Of a DNA stretch of 64,000 bases, positions 49,737 to 59,559 are shown piece after piece. The first letter of the stretch is position 1. The number at the start of each line of letters is the position of its first letter. The notes below the pieces were generated by a model, which was not told the DNA's origin, made no database searches, and saw nothing but the letters and a program-made list of their open reading frames with translations. The DNA comes from an uncultured Gammaproteobacteria bacterium. GTDB lineage: Bacteria; Pseudomonadota; Gammaproteobacteria; Pseudomonadales; Pseudohongiellaceae. The stretch lies in assembly GCA_913060975.1 (NCBI GenBank), contig CAJXVC010000013.1:1536-65535 (forward strand), in the 5' to 3' direction. The position numbers were made by a program, and so were the translations under genes.

Positions 49737-52652
49737 TCAGAATTCCACTGTAGTGCCGAGGAACCAGTACTGACCCAGCGCATCATACGCACTAGGATAA
49801 GTATTGCCGTTCTCACGCGCAGTTACACCCTGCGGTACGAATGGCGGTGCCTGGTCAAACAGATTGTTAACACCGGCGCGAACGTTCAACCATTCAGTTG
49901 CTTGCCAGGTTCCTGACACGTCGATGTAGTTCTGCTCATCAAGCGTTGTCGGTGGCAAATTGGTGAATGCCTGATCAACGCTATCGATATAACGCCAACC
50001 GAGGTTCAGGTTGAGATCCCAAGGCGTTGCCCAGATTGCCTGCATGCGGTTGCGCACTTCCACAGTCGGAGTACCACAAGAACCACCGTAGACACCTTCA
50101 CAATTAACAACACCGGCACCTTCGAATTCTTCCTGCTCCCAGCTATCGATCCAGCCGAGAACATTGTTAACAGAGACGCTACCAAGATTACCTACTTCAA
50201 AATTGTAGTTAACTTCGGCATCGACACCTTTCACGCGGAAGAAACCAATGTTCTGAGACAAGGCAGAGATACCATTGTTGGCGCTCGCCAGACCCAGCCA
50301 CAGGCTGTCGTTAGTACCACGACGTACCAGATCACAGAAGCTGCCAGTTTCGATACATTGCAGCAGAGTGGTTTCAGGCTCGATCTCGGTGATCGCATCC
50401 TGCACGTCGATGTCGTACCAGTCTACGCTGACAGTCAGACCATCAACAAAGCGTGGTGAGTATACGAAACCCGCAGAATAGGTATCAGACTCTTCAGGTG
50501 CCAGATTGATACTACCGCCGATAAGCTGATTGTACTGGCTGGCAGGAGAACTTGTTGGTCCGCCCTGATCCCAGATAGCCTGGGAAACACCGCTGTTGGC
50601 ACACTGCTCGAAGGTATAGCCACGAATACTGGTAGCATCGCCTGGAGCAGCCTTCTGACAAGGATCTTCGTTCATGGCGAACAGATTACCTTGCTGTGGC
50701 TGGAACTGATCTACGATGTTGGCAGCACGTACAGCACGCTGATAGCTGGCACGTACCTTGAACTCAGGATTGAATGACCAGGAACCGGCTACTTTGTAAG
50801 TATCAGTAGATTGGTCACTAGGCGCATACTCGGAGTAGCGATAACCCAGGTCGAGGACAACTTCTTCGGCCAGATTAGCACCTTCGATCAGCGGAATGCT
50901 TGCTTCCATGAAAACTTCGTTAACATCGTAGCCACCTGTTACTGGAACCAGAGCAGCGCCAAGTCCACCTACTTCACCAGCGATGGCGTTGTCGCTTGGC
51001 TGATAGTTCAGAGTTTCTTCGCGATACTCATAACCGACTACCAGAGCGACACCGTTTTCTGCGGCAGGAGATACGAAGCCATAAGCACCGAGATCACCTT
51101 CGAGATAGGCATTGAACACAGATTGATCGGTCTGACCATTCTCATTATAAGTCTGAGCAAAGAAAGCAGTTTGCTCATCAGTTACACCACCACCCGTCCA
51201 CAGATTATAAGGCACACAGTTTTCCGAGTTCTCGATACAAGTACCGTCCGGATTCACGTCCAGGGCCTGATCAACCGCAGCGATGTTCACGTAGTTGCTG
51301 TGACGGTTGTTCATGTCCACTTCTGCGAACTGATAAGACGCGTCATAACGCCAGTTTTCATTGAGGTCGCCACGCAAACCGCCAAGAATGCGGAATGTGG
51401 AGTGACGAATATCACCTTGACGTGGACCGCCTTCTACATTGCGTCGACCAAAGATTGTCTGTACGCGCTGGTCATCAGGAGCGCCAACACAACCGACTAC
51501 ACCTTTTTGCTGATCTGACAGAAACGGGTTGCCGCAGTTGAAGTCCAGTGTGTTAAAGAAGACACCTGATTCTGCGAATTGGGCTACTGTGCGGTTGTCC
51601 ATGAAGGATACTTCCGAGTAGAACTCGGCATTATCAGTCAGGTCGTATTGTGCGAAGGCACCCAATGTATAGCGCTCGTCTGGGCGCTGATAGTAGCTTG
51701 GTACGGCGAAGTTATGACGTGTGCCAAGACCCGGAACAAACTGATCGCCTTCTACGTGGTAGAGATCAGCAAAACCATCATTGCCGAAATAGAAGCTGCC
51801 GGACGGGTTAGTAGCCGAACCACCACAGCTCAGTGTGCCAGCGGCTGTTACGCTGTTGGCGCAGGCACTGTAATCGCGATCGCCCTGCAGTACTGAGCTG
51901 ACTTCACGGTAGGTGGCGTAAGCGGTGATGTTACCGCGACCGTTATCGAGGTTGCCGCCCATCAACAAGGTCATGTCGATGATTTCACCGTCATTGGACG
52001 TACCAGTTGGCACACTAAAACCGGCAGCCAGCGTTGAGTTGGCCAGCGGACCACCGTCGTTCTGGTGACGATAACCGGCAGACTGCACATCCAGTTTTAC
52101 GCCTTCGAAGCGGTCATTCATGATGAAGTTGACCACACCAGCTACAGCGTCAGAACCGTAGGTTGAGGAGGCGCCACCAGTGAGAATTTCAACCCGCTCC
52201 ACCAGCTGCATGGGGATAAGGTTCAGGTCAGGACCGGAAGTGGTAGAGGAAGGCGAGTGAATTGGCAGACGCTTGCCGTTCATCAATACCAGCGTGCGGC
52301 TGTTGCCGAGATTACGCAGCTGCAGAGTCGCAGTACCAGTAGATTCAATGGACTGACCAGAAGACTGGTCAAGATAGGCTTGCGGAAGTGAGCCAAGCAC
52401 ATCTTCAACCCGGGTAGCACCGGTCAAGATGAGTTGTTCAGAATCAAGCTGAGTGACCGGACTTGATGTCACCAGATTAGCGCGCTGGATGCGAGAACCG
52501 GTGATTACCACCTCTTCGATCAAGCCGTCTTCCTGTGCCATACCGGCTACCGGCATCATCGAGGCAGCAAGCCCCGCACAAATAGCCATATTCAGTTTAT
52601 TACGCGCAAATCGTGTATTACGACCTGCAGTCGCAGTGGATTTTCCTTTCAT
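49737..52652 (-). CDS. TonB-dependent receptor
   Basis: EEVVITGSRI, LRNLG..RTLVL.NG, GGASSTYGSDAVAGVVNFI, C-terminal Phe. Confidence 0.95.
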   Translation of the reverse strand: MKGKSTATAGRNTRFARNKLNMAICAGLAASMMPVAGMAQEDGLIEEVVITGSRIQRANLVTSSPVTQLDSEQLILTGATRVEDVLGSLPQAYLDQSSGQSIESTGTATLQLRNLGNSRTLVLMNGKRLPIHSPSSTTSGPDLNLIPMQLVERVEILTGGASSTYGSDAVAGVVNFIMNDRFEGVKLDVQSAGYRHQNDGGPLANSTLAAGFSVPTGTSNDGEIIDMTLLMGGNLDNGRGNITAYATYREVSSVLQGDRDYSACANSVTAAGTLSCGGSATNPSGSFYFGNDGFADLYHVEGDQFVPGLGTRHNFAVPSYYQRPDERYTLGAFAQYDLTDNAEFYSEVSFMDNRTVAQFAESGVFFNTLDFNCGNPFLSDQQKGVVGCVGAPDDQRVQTIFGRRNVEGGPRQGDIRHSTFRILGGLRGDLNENWRYDASYQFAEVDMNNRHSNYVNIAAVDQALDVNPDGTCIENSENCVPYNLWTGGGVTDEQTAFFAQTYNENGQTDQSVFNAYLEGDLGAYGFVSPAAENGVALVVGYEYREETLNYQPSDNAIAGEVGGLGAALVPVTGGYDVNEVFMEASIPLIEGANLAEEVVLDLGYRYSEYAPSDQSTDTYKVAGSWSFNPEFKVRASYQRAVRAANIVDQFQPQQGNLFAMNEDPCQKAAPGDATSIRGYTFEQCANSGVSQAIWDQGGPTSSPASQYNQLIGGSINLAPEESDTYSAGFVYSPRFVDGLTVSVDWYDIDVQDAITEIEPETTLLQCIETGSFCDLVRRGTNDSLWLGLASANNGISALSQNIGFFRVKGVDAEVNYNFEVGNLGSVSVNNVLGWIDSWEQEEFEGAGVVNCEGVYGGSCGTPTVEVRNRMQAIWATPWDLNLNLGWRYIDSVDQAFTNLPPTTLDEQNYIDVSGTWQATEWLNVRAGVNNLFDQAPPFVPQGVTARENGNTYPSAYDALGQYWFLGTTVEF

Positions 52653-53272
52653 AGTGCCCCCTTGGGTGACTAATCGATTATTTTGATAGCAACACCCTAT
52701 AACCCTCTTCTAGCCATTACCCGACTACCGCTTTAACAGCGGGAACTCAGTCTGGGCTGGGATTATTGTGAACGGGGTTAATTTGGAGTATTGCGTTGGG
52801 ATGGAATCCTACCAACATCTATATAGCGGTACTAGTCATAATTTAGCAATCAGGTTGAAATATATGCCCAACCCTAAGTGCTTGATAGCTAGAGCTTTAA
52901 CTAAATGATCAGCGTTCAGATACCACAAATTTCGAGTTAGCCGCTCCGGTTTCTGTAAGTGCTTGTTTTCTGTAATGTTTTGCCACAGAATGTTTCGCAA
53001 AATGTAACAGAATGTCACAGCAATCTGGCAAATGTAACAGCGGAACAATTTCCAGCGTGCAGAACCAGACAGAGCTCTAACGTTCACACATTTGCACGGA
53101 GGTGCAAACGCGTGGTTTTCGTAAGTAGTCATAACACTTTGGGGAATGTGCACTGTCAGGCTGGGGGGAATTGGCCTGTTCTGAACCGGGTTTTTACAAA
53201 GCCGCGGTTCACTCAGCAGCACAATACGATTTACTATGAGCAGGCTGGTCACTGCTAAGGAAAAGTAACGTT

Positions 53273-53503
53273 ATGCACCAATTTCGTATCAAGCTCATAA
53301 GCAATTGGTTAGGAGTATTTTTGCTGACGGCCTCTGCGCTCACCGCATGCAGCAACGAGCAGGCCTACCGAGCCATTCAGGAAAATCGCTTGCAGGACTG
53401 CGAACTACAGCCTATTCCGCAACAGGCGAATTGTCGCGCGCAATATGAGATGCCCTACAACGAGTACGAGCGTCTGCGACAGGAAGCCGCGCGAGCTGAC
53501 TAG
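53273..53503 (+). CDS. Small lipoprotein
   Basis: Lipobox LTAC, Cys pair, Y.EYER; AAGGA RBS. Confidence 0.7.
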   Translation: MHQFRIKLISNWLGVFLLTASALTACSNEQAYRAIQENRLQDCELQPIPQQANCRAQYEMPYNEYERLRQEAARAD

Positions 53504-53535
53504 CAAGAATTCAGATCAGAAAGGGACTCACCAGA

Positions 53536-53631
53536 GACTCTTGTAAGGTCTCATATACGAACTCTTGTAAGGACTCTTGTAAGGACTCTTGTAAGGTCTT
53601 TTGAAAGGACTCTCACACGGAGTCACACAGG
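53536..53631. repeat. Eight 12-bp tandem repeats (GACTCTTGTAAG consensus)
   Basis: Three exact units, one with a single mismatch and four degenerate units in exact 12-bp register. Confidence 0.85.
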
Positions 53632-53873
53632 GGTTCAAGCCGCATCAGATAACAGGTCGCAAGCCTTGATTGTGACTGGAATACCGCAAGACAGGGCCTG
53701 TGACGGCACTTGCGGGAACTGGTACGCCTGTAGCGCTAGAGTGGGTGAGACTGAATACCAGTACCGCCAATGCCTGAATTTACACTGTCAGACTGCTGGC
53801 TGTAGTAGTTGTCTCTCACTGGGTATCCATGGGTATCGCAAGTGAAATACTGAGAACCACGCTGTCGTCGCAC

Positions 53874-54584
53874 TCAGGAAGGTCTTACAGAGAACCGGTA
53901 GCCGGCGCCTCGTACGGTCTGAATCAGCTTGGCGTAGTCGATAGTTGCCCCATCAATCGATGACAGCGCTTTGCGCAAGCGGCGAATGTGGACGTCGATA
54001 GTTCGCTCTTCCAGATAGACATTGCCACCCCACACAGAATCCTGAATGTGATCGCGGCTGAAGACTTTCTCCTGGTTCAGCAAGAAAAACTTCAGCAAAC
54101 GAAATTCAGTAGGACCCATTTCGACGGGCTGGTCTTCTATAGAGATACGGTGGCTGGTGGGATCCAGCTGCAGGTCAAAGACGCGCAATACACGGTCTTT
54201 CTGTTTGCCGTTAACACGGCGTAAGACTGTCTTGATGCGAGCCACTAACTCGCGCGGTGAGAACGGCTTGGTGACATAGTCATCCACACCCTCGCTCAAA
54301 CCTTGCACCTTGTTATCTTCGCTGGTCTTGGCAGTCAGCATGATAATGGGCAGGTTGGTCGTGATCTCGTCGCGGCGCAGCCGGCGCGCCAATTCAATAC
54401 CGCTGCCGCCAGGCAGCATCCAGTCCAGCAGCACCAAGTCGGGCTTGTGATCGATGATGGAGACGTGAGCCTCATGGGCATTGGACGCTGCAATGCTGGT
54501 AAAGCCAGCGAGGTCCAAAGTAATTCCTACCATATCGCGAATGGCTGCTTCATCGTCGACGATCAGGATGGTGGACTCGGTCAT
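53874..54584 (-). CDS. phoB: Phosphate regulon response regulator PhoB
   Basis: LLDWMLPGGSG, MGPTEFRLL and VWG.NVY.EERT.DVHIRRLRK motifs; Pho box upstream. Confidence 0.9.
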   Translation of the reverse strand: MTESTILIVDDEAAIRDMVGITLDLAGFTSIAASNAHEAHVSIIDHKPDLVLLDWMLPGGSGIELARRLRRDEITTNLPIIMLTAKTSEDNKVQGLSEGVDDYVTKPFSPRELVARIKTVLRRVNGKQKDRVLRVFDLQLDPTSHRISIEDQPVEMGPTEFRLLKFFLLNQEKVFSRDHIQDSVWGGNVYLEERTIDVHIRRLRKALSSIDGATIDYAKLIQTVRGAGYRFSVRPS

Positions 54585-54645
54585 GTTGTTTAATTACCGC
54601 TTGGTTAATTAGCTGTCAGATTTAGCAGTATTTAAGCAGTACTAT

Positions 54646-54663
54646 ATTACAGGTTTATGACAC
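54646..54663 (-). promoter_or_regulatory. Pho box upstream of phoB
   Basis: GTGTCAT-AAAC-CTGTAAT. Confidence 0.75.
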
Positions 54664-54807
54664 ACGACGCCCGAATTAACTGAAAATTGATGCGCTTTGA
54701 ACTAATTATCTTATTGATAATAAAGGGATAATTGACACCCCGCACAGTCAGCCGAAAGCTGCCTGCGCGAGGGTCAGGAAGGGTCAAACAGGAGGCCTAA
54801 CTGCGCT

Positions 54808-57318
54808 CTAGAAGCGATAGTTAAGTTGCAGGCTGAGCTCGCGACCACGGTTGTAACCAGTGGTGACACGGCCGCCTTGCGTGATCTCGCTACGCTCGTC
54901 CATGATGTTCTTGGCCTTGAGTGTGGCCGACCAGTGCTCTGACAGTGATCGAATAAAGACAAAATTCAATTCACCAAAAGGTTGCTCGATCAGGTCCGGC
55001 GCGCCTTCGATACCCACCTCGGCAATACGCTCGCCGAAGTAGTGATATAACAAAGTAGCAGTCGTGCCCGAGATTGGCTCGTAACCCACTTGCGCATTGA
55101 ACAGCCAGTCAGACTGGCCTTGCAGAGGTCGGGTCAGACTCGTGAGCGAGCCACGGTCTTCGTCACGTATCGATACTTCCGACTGGATGTAGGCCACGTT
55201 GCCCTGTACGTAAATGTCTTCACCAATGCCATTGAAAAAACTGTCCGGCAGGAAATCGAGGCGCTTGTAGATTTCATACTCAACGCCCGAGTTCTCGGCA
55301 CCCTTGGCATTGATATAAGTAGTCTTTCGATCTACAGGACTGACGATCGACGTTTCAATCGGATCAGTGAACTCCTTGTAGAACAAGCCCAGCGACATGT
55401 AGTCCGAATAGGCAAAATACCACTCCCAGCGAACGTCATAATTCTTGATGGACGTGATCTCCAGATCCGGGTTACCGACAATTTCCTTGCCGGTTTCCGG
55501 ATTGGTGAATGCCGCGGGTGACAGCTCGCGAAAATCCGGTCGCGATACGGTTTCACTGTAAGCCGCACGGAACTGGTGATCGTTCTGGATAAAAGTCGCG
55601 CTGAACGCCGGCAGGAACTCATTCTGTTCCTGTTTGGAGACAACACCCTGATCCGGGCTGAACAAGTCAAAGGTATTGGCCTGCTGTGAGAAATCCTCAG
55701 AGCGCGCGCCTAAAGTAAAACGCAGGCGATCATCGAAATTGAATTCAACCTGGCCATAAAATGCTTCCAGTTCATTGAAAGCCTCATAGTTATCAGTCGG
55801 GCGGGTAATCTCGCGAATCTGAAAACCTTCAGGCGAAATATTCTCTGGTGCCAGGATCTGTTCCAGTGGCTTCACGAGTAGTGCCGGGTCATTGGCAATC
55901 GGTCCAGCGAATGCAAAACCATAACGGCGAATTTCTGATTCGCGCTCTTTCTCTGCACTCACATAACCAGCCTGCGTGGTAATAAGCGAGTTCATCGGCC
56001 CGTAGAAGACCATGCTCAAGTCAACACCAAAGTCTTTGGCCGTGTCATCCAGTTCGCTGAAGTTGCGCAGATTGCCGTCGACTCGCGACGAAAATTCACC
56101 ACTCTCATAGCGGTATTCACGCTCGTCAGGCGAGTCGCGCTCGGCCGTGATATGGCTGTAACGCCAGTTGACCGTGAACTCATTGAATTCAGGAAAGTAG
56201 TGATCGCCCTGCAGTTGATTCGAGAATAATTCGCGTTCGATCCATTCAATTTCGGTGATGGACAGATCAGAAGCCGCTTCTGTGTAACCGGTGGAATTGG
56301 CAACCAGGTCATCGGTTTTACGCAGCAACACGCTGGTCAAGCGAACATTGTGATTGTCGTTGAGATCAAGACCGGCAGAAAAAATACCGCTCATGTCGAT
56401 ACTGTTTTCGGTGCCTTTGTAGGTCATGGCTTCCTGTTGCGTCAGACCTTCAGTCGCCGGCACATAGGTATTGCGCTCAATGACATTGGTATCCCAGCTA
56501 TTGGAATAATCCACCGCAGCAATGTAGTTAAGCTGCATCCCGGTGCTGCCAAGCTCATGAAAATTACCCAGTGAAGTGCCGAAATTTACATTCGGCGGGA
56601 TGTCCTTTACTTCAGGGTTGTACTCGTTATTAAACGAGCGTCCAACTTCCTGCAGGGTTTCAACAGGTACGCCGACACCCGTGAATGGGCTCAAGCGGCG
56701 CAGTTCCTGATCATTGGCTGTCGCCTGTTGCAGGATAGCCGATTGCGCACGATGGCCGTCGTCATAACCCAGCCAGTCGCGATCGCCGCCACCAAGCGTA
56801 AAGCCGTCGTTAAAGCTTACATCCCCTATCATGCCTACTGTGCTGTTAACGTTCCAGAAAAATTCATCTGTGGATTTTTTGGTACGCATTTGCAGTACGC
56901 CGCCACCAAATTCACTGGGGAATGCTGCTGAGTAAGTCTTTTGTACCAACACACTTTCCAATACCGCCGTCGGGAAAAGGTCCATCGGTACCACACGGTT
57001 AATCGGTTCAGGGCTAGGCAGGATTGCACCATTCAACAATGTTGTGGAATAACGCTCACCGAGGCCGCGCACGTAGACGAACTTGCCACCCACCGTACTC
57101 AGGCCAGAGACTCGCTTCAGGCTTTCAGCGATATTGGAATCACCGGTACGGGTAAATTCTTCACTGCCAACCACATTGGATACGGCATCTGTAGCCCGCT
57201 TTTCGTCTGGCACAAACTGTCCGATTACGGAAATTTCTTCGATTTCGGGGGGCTGGGCTGAGGCTAAGGCGCTGACCGCTGAGGCGATACCAGCGACCAA
57301 GAGCTTTCGACACGTCAT
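54808..57318 (-). CDS. TonB-dependent receptor (Pho-box preceded)
   Basis: YVRGLGERY, DLFP...ES..V.K, T..RPDFREL, GNP.L, C-terminal YRF. Confidence 0.93.
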   Translation of the reverse strand: MTCRKLLVAGIASAVSALASAQPPEIEEISVIGQFVPDEKRATDAVSNVVGSEEFTRTGDSNIAESLKRVSGLSTVGGKFVYVRGLGERYSTTLLNGAILPSPEPINRVVPMDLFPTAVLESVLVQKTYSAAFPSEFGGGVLQMRTKKSTDEFFWNVNSTVGMIGDVSFNDGFTLGGGDRDWLGYDDGHRAQSAILQQATANDQELRRLSPFTGVGVPVETLQEVGRSFNNEYNPEVKDIPPNVNFGTSLGNFHELGSTGMQLNYIAAVDYSNSWDTNVIERNTYVPATEGLTQQEAMTYKGTENSIDMSGIFSAGLDLNDNHNVRLTSVLLRKTDDLVANSTGYTEAASDLSITEIEWIERELFSNQLQGDHYFPEFNEFTVNWRYSHITAERDSPDEREYRYESGEFSSRVDGNLRNFSELDDTAKDFGVDLSMVFYGPMNSLITTQAGYVSAEKERESEIRRYGFAFAGPIANDPALLVKPLEQILAPENISPEGFQIREITRPTDNYEAFNELEAFYGQVEFNFDDRLRFTLGARSEDFSQQANTFDLFSPDQGVVSKQEQNEFLPAFSATFIQNDHQFRAAYSETVSRPDFRELSPAAFTNPETGKEIVGNPDLEITSIKNYDVRWEWYFAYSDYMSLGLFYKEFTDPIETSIVSPVDRKTTYINAKGAENSGVEYEIYKRLDFLPDSFFNGIGEDIYVQGNVAYIQSEVSIRDEDRGSLTSLTRPLQGQSDWLFNAQVGYEPISGTTATLLYHYFGERIAEVGIEGAPDLIEQPFGELNFVFIRSLSEHWSATLKAKNIMDERSEITQGGRVTTGYNRGRELSLQLNYRF

Positions 57319-57378
57319 TGAACTTACTCCGGGTTTGATCTTGGGGGCGATTTTGAGGGGCTAGTTTATTGCGGGTAT

Positions 57379-57396
57379 ATGACATGCATATGACAA
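57379..57396 (-). promoter_or_regulatory. Pho box
   Basis: TTGTCAT-ATGC-ATGTCAT. Confidence 0.75.
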
Positions 57397-57446
57397 TTTC
57401 AGACCTGATGTCGGCCACTGCTTGGTAGTCAGTTTTGCGCAGCAAT

Positions 57447-57474
57447 AAAAAAGGGCGCCATAGAGGCGCCCTTT
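57447..57474 (-). terminator. Terminator after the surface-protein gene
   Basis: Minus strand AAAGGGCGCC-TCTAT-GGCGCCCTTTTTT. Confidence 0.75.
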
Positions 57475-57525
57475 CCAAGCAAACTAGCTTTAGCAATCTA
57501 ACATCCTGTCATTGCTTTATATTGC

Positions 57526-59340
57526 TTATTTGTAGCCAGTAAATGTCCAGCCAGTTGTCCAGTCAGAAGCCGCATCCTTGATGGCGCCGATGTAATCGAC
57601 TTGATCAAAGAAAGAGTCAGAAGGAACGTTAGGGGTTACTGCATTGACTGCTGTGCCGTTTATCCAGCCAGTTGTGCCGCCCAGATCAACAGTACCGGAA
57701 GTGCTGTTCGTCTGCGCTGCATACCACTCAGTTGCAGTAAATGTGCCGCTGCCTTGCAGGTCGGCTGCACAGGCAGTTGAGATCAGGCTGTTTTCCATGA
57801 TCAGCGTGCCGTTCAATGTTGCAGCAGAAGCACCGGACTGACTGAAAGTTTCATCACCGGCAATGCGGATACAGCCTTCGTTAACTGGCGTCGGGAAAGT
57901 GCCACCGATTACCGAGTTGTACATGTGCATACCAGTACCTGCTTTCAGTTCGAAAGCGTGGCCGTTGCTCTTCTGGGTCGTGCTACCGATACAAGTCAGG
58001 TTGGAGATAGTCGGAATTGAGCGCGGTGTTGCAATCGGGTTGGAACCCAGGTTGTCCGCTTCAATACAGTTATCACCGCTGGAAGTCTGCTCAACAAGAA
58101 TGTTTTGCAGCTTACCAACATAACCAGTTGTCCAGTCCAGCGCGTCATCGTCATTACCAGTCAGCAACAAGTGCTTGGCATTCACAGTGCCGCCGTAGAA
58201 CTCGATACCGTCGTCAGCGCCGTTGTGAACCTGGATGTAATCAAGAATAGTGCCGGAACCAACGCCCTGCAGAGCAATACTGTTAAGCTCGTTCTCGGAC
58301 GTAATTGGCCAGCCAGCATATTTGACTTGTACGTAAGTCACCGCGCCGCTGTCGTCTGTAGCTAGTGGGGCAGTCGCGCTACCGTAGGTACCGGTAGAAC
58401 CTTCACCTTCGTCAGTTCCGCTTTGGGTATTCAGTGGTGCACGACCGTTGATAACCAGACCACCCCAGGTGCCGCGCAGATTCAGCGCATCAACACCAGT
58501 AACGTCTTGCTCGGAAGTCATGACGATCGGCTTGGTTGGTGTGCCGTTGGCAAAGATCTTGGCGCTCTTGTCGATGATCAGCGTGTTAACGCCTTCTGGT
58601 GCGAAGATTGTTGTGCCGGCATCGATAGTCAGTGACATCTTGGCGTCATTGGCTGTGTCGACGTTTTCACCAAAGAACACAGCGCCATTCAGGAAGTAGC
58701 TGAAGTTTGCTGTCAGGTGAGTGTTAGTCGTGATACGGCCAGTCAACTGGCATACTGATTTACCAGCGAAAGTGCCGCTGATCGCAGTAGTGTTAGTTGG
58801 GCATGTAGAAGCTGGCGGATTGGAGATAGAGAACGACGCTGGTGTTGAGTTGTACACCAGAGTATTGATATCGCCACCAGTGTAGTAACCCACATAGGCG
58901 TTGAATGTGTTACCAGCAACACCCAGTGTCTCACCAACTACGTCGTTGAAAACAGTAATTGTTTCAGTCGCTGACAATGTCTTGGTTTCGAAAGCCTGGA
59001 TATTGGCTGCGTCCAGTGTTGCGAACGTGCCACCTGACAGCATATTGAACATGCCAACGCCAGGTACTTCAACTACAACAACCATAGAAGCAGACTTGCC
59101 AACATCAGCAGAGGCAACATTGATTGTGGCAACCAGATCAACCGCGTCAGCAGCCGGAACTGTAGTCAGGTAGCTGGCACCGTTGTTGATTGTTGCGCCA
59201 CCAGTGATTGTTGTTGTCGTTGTGCCAGCCAGTGATGCTGTAGTGAGAGCAGGCTGATCGGCGGCAGTGGCTGCCATAGTGGCAATACCCAGTGCAACAC
59301 CGCTCGCGATTGCGCTCAGTTGTTTACGCTTGAAATTCAT
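57526..59340 (-). CDS. Secreted Thr/Gly-rich beta-helix-like surface protein, TBDR-associated
   Basis: Signal peptide; WGGLVING.AP, DDSG...YV.V.YAG, DDGIEFYGG, DDALDW, EADN and C-terminal DWTTGW. Confidence 0.7.
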   Translation of the reverse strand: MNFKRKQLSAIASGVALGIATMAATAADQPALTTASLAGTTTTTITGGATINNGASYLTTVPAADAVDLVATINVASADVGKSASMVVVVEVPGVGMFNMLSGGTFATLDAANIQAFETKTLSATETITVFNDVVGETLGVAGNTFNAYVGYYTGGDINTLVYNSTPASFSISNPPASTCPTNTTAISGTFAGKSVCQLTGRITTNTHLTANFSYFLNGAVFFGENVDTANDAKMSLTIDAGTTIFAPEGVNTLIIDKSAKIFANGTPTKPIVMTSEQDVTGVDALNLRGTWGGLVINGRAPLNTQSGTDEGEGSTGTYGSATAPLATDDSGAVTYVQVKYAGWPITSENELNSIALQGVGSGTILDYIQVHNGADDGIEFYGGTVNAKHLLLTGNDDDALDWTTGYVGKLQNILVEQTSSGDNCIEADNLGSNPIATPRSIPTISNLTCIGSTTQKSNGHAFELKAGTGMHMYNSVIGGTFPTPVNEGCIRIAGDETFSQSGASAATLNGTLIMENSLISTACAADLQGSGTFTATEWYAAQTNSTSGTVDLGGTTGWINGTAVNAVTPNVPSDSFFDQVDYIGAIKDAASDWTTGWTFTGYK

Positions 59341-59398
59341 GTCGACTCCTTGGTCTTCTTTGTAACGTGAGGATTACGGTCGGATCATGATAGGAATG

Positions 59399-59442
59399 AG
59401 TTGTTACACTTCTGCGACGATATGATTGCATTTTTGTGACAA
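59399..59442 (-). promoter_or_regulatory. Degenerate Pho-box array
   Basis: TTGTCAC, ATGCAAT, TCGTCGC and GTGTAAC at 11-bp period. Confidence 0.55.
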
Positions 59443-59506
59443 TTGCTTGGCGGGCCGAAGACACAGTCTTACGCTCTTAAGCAGGCAAGCCATTACGCAG
59501 CGCCAG

Positions 59507-59535
59507 TTGTCACCACCTCGTCACAAAATGGTCAC
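59507..59535 (+). promoter_or_regulatory. Pho-box array upstream of the oxygenase
   Basis: TTGTCAC-CACC-TCGTCAC-AAAA-TGGTCAC at 11-bp period. Confidence 0.65.
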
Positions 59536-59559
59536 AAACTTCCTTTAGGCTTCGGGCCC

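Noticed and set aside
53536..53631. CRISPR array
   Set aside because: Units are contiguous 12-mers with no spacers and there are no cas genes; the same applies to the arrays at 18.1 kb and 38.1 kb.
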